Shown piece after piece: positions 1 through 10,354 of a stretch of DNA of 64,000 bases (positions are counted from its first letter, which is position 1; each line of letters begins with the position of its first letter). The stretch is from an uncultured Nitrososphaerales archaeon. GTDB taxonomy: Archaea > Thermoproteota > Nitrososphaeria > Nitrososphaerales > Nitrososphaeraceae. The stretch spans positions 1 to 64,000 of the forward strand of contig CAWJCY010000013.1 of NCBI GenBank assembly GCA_963841565.1, read 5' to 3'. The notes under the pieces were generated by a model. That model did not search any database. It was not told the origin of the DNA and saw nothing but the letters and a program-made list of their open reading frames with translations. Both the position numbers and the translations under genes were made by a program.

Positions 1-117
1 GATTGTTGGTTTTGAATTCGCCTGTCTGATGTAATCGACTAGCCAATTCGGCTAACGTATTAAATCTTGTTCACTCACTCTGAACGCTACAACCTTAGTC
101 TTTACTGCTGTGCTCAT
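1..117 (-). pseudogene. Ribbon-helix-helix (CopG/Arc-like) DNA-binding protein, frameshifted and running off the window edge
   Basis: The ATG at 117 gives MSTAVKTKVVAFRVSEQD, an RHH-like beta-strand plus helix start, then a stop. Adding one base near 62 continues it as FNTLAELASRLHQTGEFKTNN. Not in the ORF track. Confidence 0.45.
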
Positions 118-129
118 ACAAGACTCTTC

Positions 130-360
130 TAGAACGTTCTACTATTTCAATTGAACGTTCTGTTGAACGGCTTGTTGAATGGGTGGTCTGGGGCATTAAG
201 GTGTGGCAGCTATGAACAGACATCGTTCAATACGGTTGTAATAAGTGTTCAAAACGATTGAGCGTGAAATCATCTTAGACACCTTGAACGACTTGTAAAC
301 GTAAACAACATCCGTTAACACTGGGAGTAAATGTTAACGAAAGAGTAAACGGGCGTTAAC
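130..360. repeat. Dense cluster of short TTGAAC/GTTCAA and GTAAAC/GTTAAC motifs (operator- or iteron-like)
   Basis: Palindrome TAGAACGTTCTA at 130-141. TTGAAC/GTTCAA-type copies near 151, 163, 175, 213, 225, 247 and 284. GTAAAC/GTTAAC-type copies near 295, 301, 314, 327, 333, 345 and 355. Confidence 0.55.
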
Positions 361-639
361 TTAGCTTACAGCGGCTATTGCTAGAAAGATTACAAAAGCT
401 GCTAATGCTGTGTTGATTAGTGGGGATTAAAGGCCCCGGTTTCTTCTAAAGGCGGAAGTATGTTATCGCCTTCTACAGCACCAACGGTAGCCTTTGGCTG
501 TAATGTCGAGCCGGGGCTGACGTAATAGAAATGTTAAAGACCCTCGTTGCGTCGCGATGTGATAATAGGTTCAGGTTTGTGTTACCTATTGCCATCTGAG
601 TGTTAAAAGCTGGTTGACTTTCTACCTGCATCGACACTG

Positions 640-828
640 TCACGAAAGGCACAGATTGCTGCGAGCCACCCAAACTCGACAAATTAATTCGCCCCCCACA
701 ATGCCAAATGTGAGGCATATCGAATTCAAAGAGTCCTCTTCCCTTTTTTTAAACCCCTTGTGAATAGGAGTTGTTCGTCTGAATTGCTTTTCGGTCTTGT
801 CACTAATGACTACATTCATCTTACCCAT
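640..828 (-). CDS. Small RHH-like DNA-binding protein, C-terminus probably degenerate
   Basis: The N-terminus MGKMNVVISDKTEKQFRR...KGFKK resembles small archaeal RHH proteins; the sequence after KK does not look RHH-like. Confidence 0.4.
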   Translation of the reverse strand: MGKMNVVISDKTEKQFRRTTPIHKGFKKREEDSLNSICLTFGIVGGELICRVWVARSNLCLS

Positions 829-1637
829 ATTACACGAAATGGAATCTCAAAGATATAAAATCTTAAGTGTTATTTCAGTTGCATTGTTTCGTGTTCAACA
901 CAAGGTCTCGATGAATCGGCTTCTAATACCGTCCTAAGCCAACGGTAGAGGTAGCTTAGATACATCTTATCACCTTTTCCTGAACTTCTTGATTCTTCCA
1001 ATGCTCCTTCTTCATATTGCAAGCCATTGTATTGATAAATAAGACTAACGATAGACACGGGGTTCCATAAATGCTAGCTTCCACTTCGAGCTTGGGACCT
1101 TGGTTCGATCAACAAATTCGAAATTTTATCAATTATTACCAACAGGCTTGCACTTCAATCATTAGTTTGACCCATTCAGATGTCATCAAATTTACCAGAG
1201 AAGAGACCACAACAACTGCCCCTTAATATAGTAACCAGTTTCTATTTTATTTATTAATTAATACTACTAATACATCACATAGGATTTCGAGATGGAGAAT
1301 CAAATATGGCATATTGGATATATTTACAAATAAAAAGGGCGTGATGCAAACTTCTTCCTATATACTTTTTTGAGCATCAACTGTACATTGGAATCGTTGC
1401 AAGACAGTGTAAGTCCAGAAGAATCTAGGTTAAGGTGCCTAGGGAGGGACCTGAAGGAAACATTTTGATACTCACAATATCGAATGCATGAAGTCCTTAC
1501 CCGACCAATATTCACAGTATAAATGCTAAATCAGGCCGGCACTAGACAATTATATGGGAATGTGTATACATCCCTAACCATACAGGTGGGTTATCTGTAT
1601 TCATTGATAAACAATTATTAGGCATGCCAGATTCTGA

Positions 1638-2045
1638 TTGGTTACGGCAAGAAAAACCTCCGAAAATAAGCCAAAAGACATTACAAGGATATTTTTAGTC
1701 GATGATGATCCCGACGTACTATTTTCGATGGCGACTGCTCTAGAGTCAAGTGGTTTTGCTGTTGATTCATATGGTTCCCCTGACGTAGCACTTGAAAAGT
1801 TCAAGCCTCATTACTATGATTTATTATTGCTGGACGTTAGAATGCCTGGAATGACGGGATTTGAGCTTTATGATGAAATCAACAAAATGGATGCGAAGGT
1901 ACATGTTATATTCATTACCGCCTTTGAGGTTTATTATGAGGCTCTTAAGGAGATTTATCCTGATCTTGTCCCTACATCATTCATTCAAAAACCGATATCC
2001 AATGACGATTTTGTGGGACGTATTAAACGGGAACTGAGTAAGTGA
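1638..2045 (+). CDS. Single-domain response regulator (receiver only)
   Basis: IFLVDDD acidic pocket, phosphoacceptor in LLLLDVRMP, ITA threonine, and KP motif; no output domain. Confidence 0.93.
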   Translation: MVTARKTSENKPKDITRIFLVDDDPDVLFSMATALESSGFAVDSYGSPDVALEKFKPHYYDLLLLDVRMPGMTGFELYDEINKMDAKVHVIFITAFEVYYEALKEIYPDLVPTSFIQKPISNDDFVGRIKRELSK

Positions 2046-2183
2046 CTCCTTCCACTGCAATCTACGAAAATATAACTAAATCTCAAAGAGCCTGTAAAAT
2101 GCTTTTTAGCTTGTGATAATTCATAAATCTTTCCCAAAGCTTTAATTTCGTAGTCCACATTTAAGACTTGTTAGGTACGCTCC

Positions 2184-3110
2184 ATGAATCCCATCTCAAT
2201 AGCTTTTCATTCATACAAAGGAGGTACTGGAAAGACTACTATCGCGTGTAATTTTGCTGCTCAATTGGCGACGAGGGGGAATCAAGTTGGTCTAGTTGAT
2301 TTGGACATTTACGCGCCAAGTATTCAAACATACTTTGAAATTGAGCCAAAAAAGTGGCTAAACAACTATCTCAATTCTTCAGCTGACTTGTCAGAGGTGA
2401 TAGTCGATGGGAGTCAATTTGTCAAATCGGGTAAGGTAAATCCAGGCGATTATAGTTCAACTGAAAAATCAATGGATCGCAACGGGGGAAACTTATGGCT
2501 AGGATTCAGTAATCCGCGCAGCGAGGAAATATTACAACTGGAAACCACAGGCACCAGTACAGCACGTGAGATCTTAAAGAAGCTTATACTTTTGAAAGAA
2601 AAGATGCTTACAGATTTGAGGCTTGACTATCTCATTATCGACACAAGCCCCGGTATCCGCACGTGGTCGATTAATGCTTTAGCAATTTCTGACATCTTGC
2701 TTCTCACTTTAAAGTCAGGAGATATTGACAGCAAAGGCACAAAACGCCTTGTTGAGGATATATATGATACTTTCAACAGACATGGAAGCAAATCTTATTT
2801 GCTATACAATAGAGTGCATGGTTATTGCATGCCACCAAAGGATTTTCTTGGACGGAACAGTAACAAATCTAATATTCCCGACACGGCAGCTATGGCTTTG
2901 GCTGGTAAGGAGAATCCCATTGCATCGAGTACTTCGATGGCAGAACAACCTAAATTGTCACAAGAACTTGGAATCAAGACAATTAGTTCCATTCCATGCT
3001 TTTGCGATATTCAATTTTCTGAAAAAGAATTCTTGACGGTATTAAATTATCCTGACCATCCATTCTCAAACTATGTCAATCAACTCATTGCTGGAATTAG
3101 ATCAGCTTGA
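2184..3110 (+). CDS. MinD/ParA-family deviant Walker A ATPase
   Basis: HSYKGGTGKTT with the signature Lys, VDLDIYAP (switch I) and IIDTSPG (switch II). Confidence 0.9.
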   Translation: MNPISIAFHSYKGGTGKTTIACNFAAQLATRGNQVGLVDLDIYAPSIQTYFEIEPKKWLNNYLNSSADLSEVIVDGSQFVKSGKVNPGDYSSTEKSMDRNGGNLWLGFSNPRSEEILQLETTGTSTAREILKKLILLKEKMLTDLRLDYLIIDTSPGIRTWSINALAISDILLLTLKSGDIDSKGTKRLVEDIYDTFNRHGSKSYLLYNRVHGYCMPPKDFLGRNSNKSNIPDTAAMALAGKENPIASSTSMAEQPKLSQELGIKTISSIPCFCDIQFSEKEFLTVLNYPDHPFSNYVNQLIAGIRSA

Positions 3111-3474
3111 TCGATGCTATGAATATAATGGTAAATCTCGTCAAGTGACATGTATTCTTCACAAAATAAAGTCAGATGGGAATCCACGATTGAACCCTTT
3201 ATGTATAAGAAGTTTGGGGATTTTATATTATGACAGAGGTAATTTGCAATAAGGGGTCAAAGATGTCTATCCTATTGTCGCTGTTTCTCCCATCCAATTT
3301 TCTTGGAGATCTCGCAGAAAAAACAAGTAGGTTAAGATCATGTGTATCTACAATTGAACCTCATCTAAAGGTTACCGAATTTTTAAGCCCGAAACGGACT
3401 CCGGCTACATCTGCGAGAAAAGTTTCATATACGCGTCCAACAGTTCATAATCTTAATTTCTCTGGTTAAATAAG

Positions 3475-4938
3475 ATGCATATCCCGGGACTGCTTGAAAT
3501 CACAGAACGCGAGGAGATTCCTAAATGTATGATACTTTTGACAGGAAATTCGAACGTTGGAAAGAGTTGCTACACTAGAGAATATTTGCTGGAGCAGATA
3601 AACGATGGATCAGACTGTGTTTACATTTCGTGCACAGAGAGTGAGGAACAATTTCAGAATTGGTTGGTGGGTGCAGGAATATCTCGAAATCAGATAAATT
3701 CTAGCCTGCACTTTATTAACCCATACATACGAAGAAACGCGGGAGATAACAGTTCACAGCTACCTTGGATCGTTTCGGAAATAAAAGAGATTACAGCTAA
3801 TCCTCATGTCTCCAACACTGGAAATCCTAGTCTTGACACGGATAAACAGTGGAATCGAACTGAAAACCGAACTGAGAAGAAGAAAACAAATTTCACCCTA
3901 ATTATTGATTCTTTGAACCATCTAATCACCCTATTCGGTCTGAAGGAAGTTGAAGCATTCCTGACCGACGTCTACTTTACATCCAAGATTCAAGGATTAT
4001 CTGGAATCTGTAGTCTTACCGTTCCATCACTTGACAAGGAACAGTTTGAGCGTCTGAGTCTTTCTTTTGATGCTGTCTTGGAGATGGCATTCAAAGAGGA
4101 AATAGAGTCCCGCCTGCGAGCAATGAAAATGACTTTGATTAAGGGCGTAGTTTTAACTCCTAAATGGGTTGATTTTGAAATCACACAAGAGGGGCGGGTT
4201 AGATTTCTCCAAAAAAGTTCTGATTTTATTTGCTATGTTTGCAAATCAAAGATTAGTGAAAATCCTATTTCATATTCTGGGCTATATTTTCATGTTAACC
4301 ATTTGGAAGTTTACAAGAAATTAGTAGGGATTTATGGACTAAGTATGTCTGAACTAGGGTTCTCGTCTGAGGTCATGGACGCAAGTTTTTTCTTCATAGA
4401 CATCGTTGGGCTTTCTGATCCAAGTTATTCTGTTAGCTCGCAAAGGCAAAAAATTGAAGTTCTTAACAACCTGATTATGTCATGCAGTGCCTACAATTTG
4501 GAAGAAAAAAAAATTATTTTGCCAACGGGGGATGGAATGGTAATTGGCTTTATGATAAACCCGGAACTTTCGTTAAAACTTGGGATTCAGCTCCATCAGA
4601 AATTGAGGACATACAATAGAGGTAAGGGTGAAAGAGATAGAATAAAAGTAAGAATAGGGCTAAGTGCTGGACCTGTCTTTTCTGTAAGTGACATAAAAAA
4701 TAATCAGAACTTTTGGGGACCTGGAATTATACTAGCTAGAAGGGTCATGGACATTGGAGGCGAGGGTCACATCCTCTTATCTGAATCTTTGGCAAAGGCA
4801 TTGCTCGCCTTGAAGGACGAATATAAGCCTATCATAAATTACATCGGTGATTATTCCATAAAACATGGACAAGTGCTGACTCTTTACTCAGCATATGCAG
4901 ATGATTTTGGAAATGCTGATGCCCCCGAAAAGAGGTAA
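3475..4938 (+). CDS. KaiC/RAD55-like RecA-fold ATPase fused to a zinc finger and a class III nucleotide cyclase domain
   Basis: Walker A GNSNVGKS, VYISCTES, Walker B LIIDSL and FDAVLEM; then CYVC-x16-HVNH; then cyclase motifs FFIDIVG, PTGDG, VRIGLSAGPV, FWGPGIILARRVMD and HILLSE. Confidence 0.88.
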   Translation: MHIPGLLEITEREEIPKCMILLTGNSNVGKSCYTREYLLEQINDGSDCVYISCTESEEQFQNWLVGAGISRNQINSSLHFINPYIRRNAGDNSSQLPWIVSEIKEITANPHVSNTGNPSLDTDKQWNRTENRTEKKKTNFTLIIDSLNHLITLFGLKEVEAFLTDVYFTSKIQGLSGICSLTVPSLDKEQFERLSLSFDAVLEMAFKEEIESRLRAMKMTLIKGVVLTPKWVDFEITQEGRVRFLQKSSDFICYVCKSKISENPISYSGLYFHVNHLEVYKKLVGIYGLSMSELGFSSEVMDASFFFIDIVGLSDPSYSVSSQRQKIEVLNNLIMSCSAYNLEEKKIILPTGDGMVIGFMINPELSLKLGIQLHQKLRTYNRGKGERDRIKVRIGLSAGPVFSVSDIKNNQNFWGPGIILARRVMDIGGEGHILLSESLAKALLALKDEYKPIINYIGDYSIKHGQVLTLYSAYADDFGNADAPEKR

Positions 4939-5426
4939 GAGCAGAAATCCCCAATCTTAGGAATTAGTATATAGATTTTATTCCTATCAGGTCGGGGTCA
5001 CATCCATTTTAGGGGAAAAATCAATGGAATATGTAACGGCATTTTGCATCGCACCGTACCTCACACTGTCTCAATAATCCAATAATTAGACCCCTGTCTG
5101 ACAACTTCGTCTTCACAAATTCCATTATGTGATCGAATACTTTAATCATATAACGGACTCTACAATGAAACAGAAGGAATCTCTGTTGATAGGACTGAGC
5201 AAATTGTCAAGTCATAAAATGTCATTATAGCAATACGTCAAACTGGTGTGGCATGCAAATTAGTTAGAGGCGATAAGGCAATTCGAAACTGATACTTCCA
5301 AAATGATGTCTATAGAATAAATACATAGTTTGACATAGATTGTAGAATAAGGAAGATTTATTAGATTTAAGTGGCAGTTAGAAGATTCTTAATTCAATTA
5401 TATCAAACGATCATGCATTCATTGAA

Positions 5427-5669
5427 ATGAATAATTCTAAGAGTTTCGGAATCCTAGCCATTGCAGCAGTGGCAGTTATGCTCATTGCGTCAGCGGCAAC
5501 GGTACAAGAAGATGCCTTTGCAGGAAAGAAGAAGAAATACGAACAATCGCTATCTCAAGTAAATGATTGTGGAAACGGCATACTACCTGAGTATGTCTAT
5601 TGCCAGAATTTGGCTGCCCTAATTCAAGGCGATGGAAACGCAATGAACGTCATTGGTGCTCAGGGCTAA
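5427..5669 (+). CDS. Small secreted protein consisting of one Cys-bridged Q/N/G-rich (CGNG...CQN...QGDGN) domain
   Basis: Signal peptide ending AFA, followed by a 40-aa motif that is 24/40 identical to a segment of the 23031-23948 protein. Confidence 0.85.
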   Translation: MNNSKSFGILAIAAVAVMLIASAATVQEDAFAGKKKKYEQSLSQVNDCGNGILPEYVYCQNLAALIQGDGNAMNVIGAQG

Positions 5670-5712
5670 TCTGAATTAGACCCTCAAGCCGTTGAATGAC
5701 TGAACCATTACC

Positions 5713-5719
5713 TTTTTTT
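5713..5719 (+). terminator. Archaeal oligo-T terminator
   Basis: T7 run about 45 nt after the stop codon of 5427-5669. Confidence 0.4.
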
Positions 5720-6013
5720 GATTCACCTTTTAAAGTGACAATGTCTAATGTAGGGTAATTTTAATAGATGAGGGAATTCTAAGATGCTTAATAATACCAT
5801 ACCATATTACAATTAGAATTTACATTTTTTGTCCGCGTAAGGAGAGGATGAACGACATGTCCCCCAACTCTGCTTGATAAATCATATGGTAGACGTATAC
5901 TATAGTTTTAAGTGATTTAATGTCTATACTAAGAATACGTTTAGATGTATGTTTACCTTTAATAGGATTGCCGTAGGTGGAATCTTACTTCGTGGTAAGT
6001 GGAGAATTAAAAA

Positions 6014-7234
<1,221 letters not shown>

Positions 7235-7680
7235 TTGACCCCTCAAACTTAGGTGTACGCACTCCCTAAGCGAAGAGCATCGTTGTGTATTACTAAATAT
7301 TTGTCAATTTCGTCTGCCAGTACTCGGGGCAGCAAATTTGCATTACTAAACTCATCAAATATTCAATCGATTACGTCGTACTGTTAGAATGAATTAAAGG
7401 AATTCCCCTCAAACTCCCTTTTTTACTGAGGTGATAATAACAGAGTTACTCAATTTGGATGACACTCTACGATACCGTCAGTAAGAAAGCACAAGTTGAT
7501 TTATTATGATATTACTGCCTAATGCAGTAATACGTGCGATAACATGAAGTTCTGCACGGGTACTATTGAATGAGACCCTGAAATAGCATTTCATGATGCA
7601 TAATGAACGAAAGAACGCGACGTAATAGGAGAATACGTCGCTACAAAAGATAACGACTCGTACTGCCCTGAATTCAAACC

Positions 7681-8361
7681 TTAATTCATACACTTCCAGT
7701 CTTCGATATTTGCATCAAAATCACATTTAATATTGATCAACGGGACATCAAGTCCCTCCACTGATTCAATTGCCTTTGAAATTTTTTGACTTATAGTCTG
7801 ATTAATCAGAGTTGAATCTGCGAAAGGGTTGGGGAGTGCTAGGTTACTGGAGGCCGGAGATTCGGTAGCCGATGAAGCAGAGGAATTTCCTGTCTTAATA
7901 TATCCAACTGTAGGCGATCTATTAAAGTCGTTTTGTATCATGGAAATGATAACATCATGAGAACTCATCAACGACTCGCTGTTTCCCGAGATAGAATAAG
8001 TTGCATCAAAAGCACCGACGAATTCAGTCTCATTATTAACTAGGCTATAGCTTGCCATGGAATCTCTAATTATGTGAACAACATTTTCTTCCTGCTTTTC
8101 TGTAAATTGAATTGATCCTAATGCCATCATGGTACTCGTAAACTCATTTAATGAGAAAAATGATGTGAACAACATAGCCAACAATACTCCGACAAAAACG
8201 GTTGCTACTGGTATTTGCAAGTTTGCCATTTTACTCGGCCAGTCAACCTTCATAAGATTCTCATATCCTAATATTCGAAGACTATAAAAGCATATTTGTT
8301 TCCAATTAAACATATCCTTTGATAGGGTTTGGGGTTCAAGAATGGTTAGTCTTTGGCCCAA
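7681..8361 (-). CDS. Hypothetical membrane-anchored exported protein (true start probably near 8250-8230)
   Basis: Transmembrane segment VATVFVGVLLAMLF followed by a globular domain ending KCDFDANIEDWKC. Confidence 0.7.
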   Translation of the reverse strand: MGQRLTILEPQTLSKDMFNWKQICFYSLRILGYENLMKVDWPSKMANLQIPVATVFVGVLLAMLFTSFFSLNEFTSTMMALGSIQFTEKQEENVVHIIRDSMASYSLVNNETEFVGAFDATYSISGNSESLMSSHDVIISMIQNDFNRSPTVGYIKTGNSSASSATESPASSNLALPNPFADSTLINQTISQKISKAIESVEGLDVPLINIKCDFDANIEDWKCMN

Positions 8362-8702
8362 TTAGGAACCCTCAATCATTGGGGATCGAGGTTTGAAGAT
8401 TGCTTAGAAATAACCCGGCTGCAACGAGCCGAAACAAGTAATAGGCATAGATCACACTTGTCAAAATGGAACGAGGGAACTTGTTTGGTACTAATGTAAA
8501 GATGTAACAATCTCCAAGATGCTTAGAAGCAGGCAGTATATTTGATAGTCTGTATAACTATTTCACATGTCCAATGATTAGGCAACAATGCTTGAATATT
8601 TTTGATTTTTGTCGTAAATGACTTTCCATTGAATTCTGCTCTTTTTTATTCGGAATCAGAACAGATTATATTGCCTAACTTGGACAAGGAGCATCATTCC
8701 AG

Positions 8703-9257
8703 TTGAGATATTTATTTGGATTTGGCAAGGTTCTTGAATTCAAAACACTAATTGTATTCCTATCTATGGTCCTGTTGGCAGCGTCTGGTTTCAAACTTTT
8801 ATCAAATGATGTTCTGGGACAGGGTCAACCGTTAGATTCTGAGGAGCCAGAAACCAATTCACTTCCCAATAAAGTTAACATTACGATCAATGGTGTCAAT
8901 CTGCTAGCGGATTTAGCGCTGACTACTGATGAACAGACAAAAGGGCTTTCCATAAAGGATTCCCTACAACCTGATGGAGGAATGTTATTCCCGTACGAAG
9001 CACCACGCATTCTAAGCTTTTGGATGAAAGACATGAAATTCCCCATAGATATTCTATGGCTTGATGCTGACAAAAAAGTGGTCCACATTGAAGAGAGCCT
9101 TCAGCCATGTAGTCCGCTGCTACCATGTCCATCGTATACCCCAGACGTCCAGGCTCAGTATGTTCTAGAAACGGTAGCGGGTTTTTCATCTGCCAACGGA
9201 ATTGTTAATGGAACTCCTGTTGAATTTAATCTGCCAACTTTGGAATTCCTATCGTAG
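8703..9257 (+). CDS. DUF192 family exported protein
   Basis: GMLF, FWMKDMKFPIDILWLD, PC...CPSY and YVLET motifs; signal peptide. Confidence 0.9.
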   Translation: MRYLFGFGKVLEFKTLIVFLSMVLLAASGFKLLSNDVLGQGQPLDSEEPETNSLPNKVNITINGVNLLADLALTTDEQTKGLSIKDSLQPDGGMLFPYEAPRILSFWMKDMKFPIDILWLDADKKVVHIEESLQPCSPLLPCPSYTPDVQAQYVLETVAGFSSANGIVNGTPVEFNLPTLEFLS

Positions 9258-9471
9258 CCCTTATTTTTTTAATGTGTAAGATTGCGTATTCTTGACCCCA
9301 GGTTTTGCACCTTCTGAACGTAAATCAAAATATGTGACATTATTTATCGAGTTGATATTAGACTAGGAAATTCTAAGTTTCAATCAATCAACGTACTAAG
9401 AAGGATTCGCATATGATGACTAAATAATTGTTAGGGAGAGGAATTGTTGGTCAGCAGGTCAGGTTCCTTAA

Positions 9472-9774
9472 TTAGCTCGCCGCTGCTGCTGCTGCCGCTG
9501 ATCCACCTGAAGCTGCGCTCTCTGCTGATGCAGAACCAGCAGCCGCAGCAGCTGCCGCTGAACCATCGTCACCATCATCATCGTCGTCGTCGCAACCTGA
9601 AGCTGCCGCAGCAGCTGCACTATCGCCTGCTGCACCTGCAGCTGCCGCTGATCCGCAGTCATCTTCATCATCGTCACCGGTTGCGAATACATGTTGCGGT
9701 GACAACGTTAGGCCGGACACCGCTAGGCCCAATGCCAAGAAAGCTACTAATGTTATAGATAACTTTGACATCAT
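9472..9774 (-). CDS. Small secreted poly-Ala/poly-Asp protein
   Basis: Signal peptide ending VFA, then Asp runs alternating with SAAAAAA(G/S) blocks, with two Cys. Confidence 0.8.
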   Translation of the reverse strand: MMSKLSITLVAFLALGLAVSGLTLSPQHVFATGDDDEDDCGSAAAAGAAGDSAAAAAASGCDDDDDDGDDGSAAAAAAAGSASAESAASGGSAAAAAAAS

Positions 9775-10048
9775 TTTAGTACAGACAAATTATGCTTAAC
9801 ATTTAAAGTTATAGAAATTTTTTCACGTAATTTTGTAGCTTCAAAACAGAACACGTAACCGCCTCCTCTTTTAGTACACAGTTGATAGTTCAGCCTAACT
9901 CAAGACGTTAACTGGCATTAGCTGTGAAAGGTGTGTAGGGTCGACTAGATGGAACCATATCGTATTCTAAATACTTAACTCATTTCTGTAATATAGTATC
10001 TTAATATTAATATTCCATACTGAAAATCTGTTTTATAGGATTGGAATA

Positions 10049-10354
10049 GTGCTGCGGAACAAATTCATAGCAGTTATGATGGTGATATCTACGATAAGTT
10101 TTGTGGTGCTTGCAGTAACAAGCTCTCTTGCATTCGCTCAAAATGATTGCCCTGCTCAGGATAACGCGGCTTGTGCACAATCAGATTTGTCTCTGCCAGT
10201 TCCATCAGAGAATGATATCGCAGCTCCAGGATTACAACAACAGCCAGAGGACCAATCTCGAGATACTGACGAAGACTCAGGTGGTGCAGACGATGAATCT
10301 GGAGATAATGATAACAACGATGATGCAAGTACGTTCCTTCTGCCATTCCCATGA
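10049..10354 (+). CDS. Small secreted acidic protein with a Cys pair and C-terminal LPFP
   Basis: Signal peptide ending AFA-Q, CPAQDNAAC, a D/E-rich linker, and the terminus FLLPFP. Confidence 0.8.
   Translation: MLRNKFIAVMMVISTISFVVLAVTSSLAFAQNDCPAQDNAACAQSDLSLPVPSENDIAAPGLQQQPEDQSRDTDEDSGGADDESGDNDNNDDASTFLLPFP

Noticed and set aside
870-1058. ORF containing GKGDK, reminiscent of tyrosine integrases
   Set aside because: No catalytic R, HxxR or Y motifs are visible in any frame, and a five-residue match is insufficient.
1092-1113. GGTTCGATC resembling a tRNA T-loop or att site
   Set aside because: The flanks do not form a T-stem or acceptor stem.
9444-9758. Plus-strand and alternative-frame ORFs rich in Q, H, R and L
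   Set aside because: These are shadows of the GCN-rich poly-Ala gene, which alone has a signal peptide.
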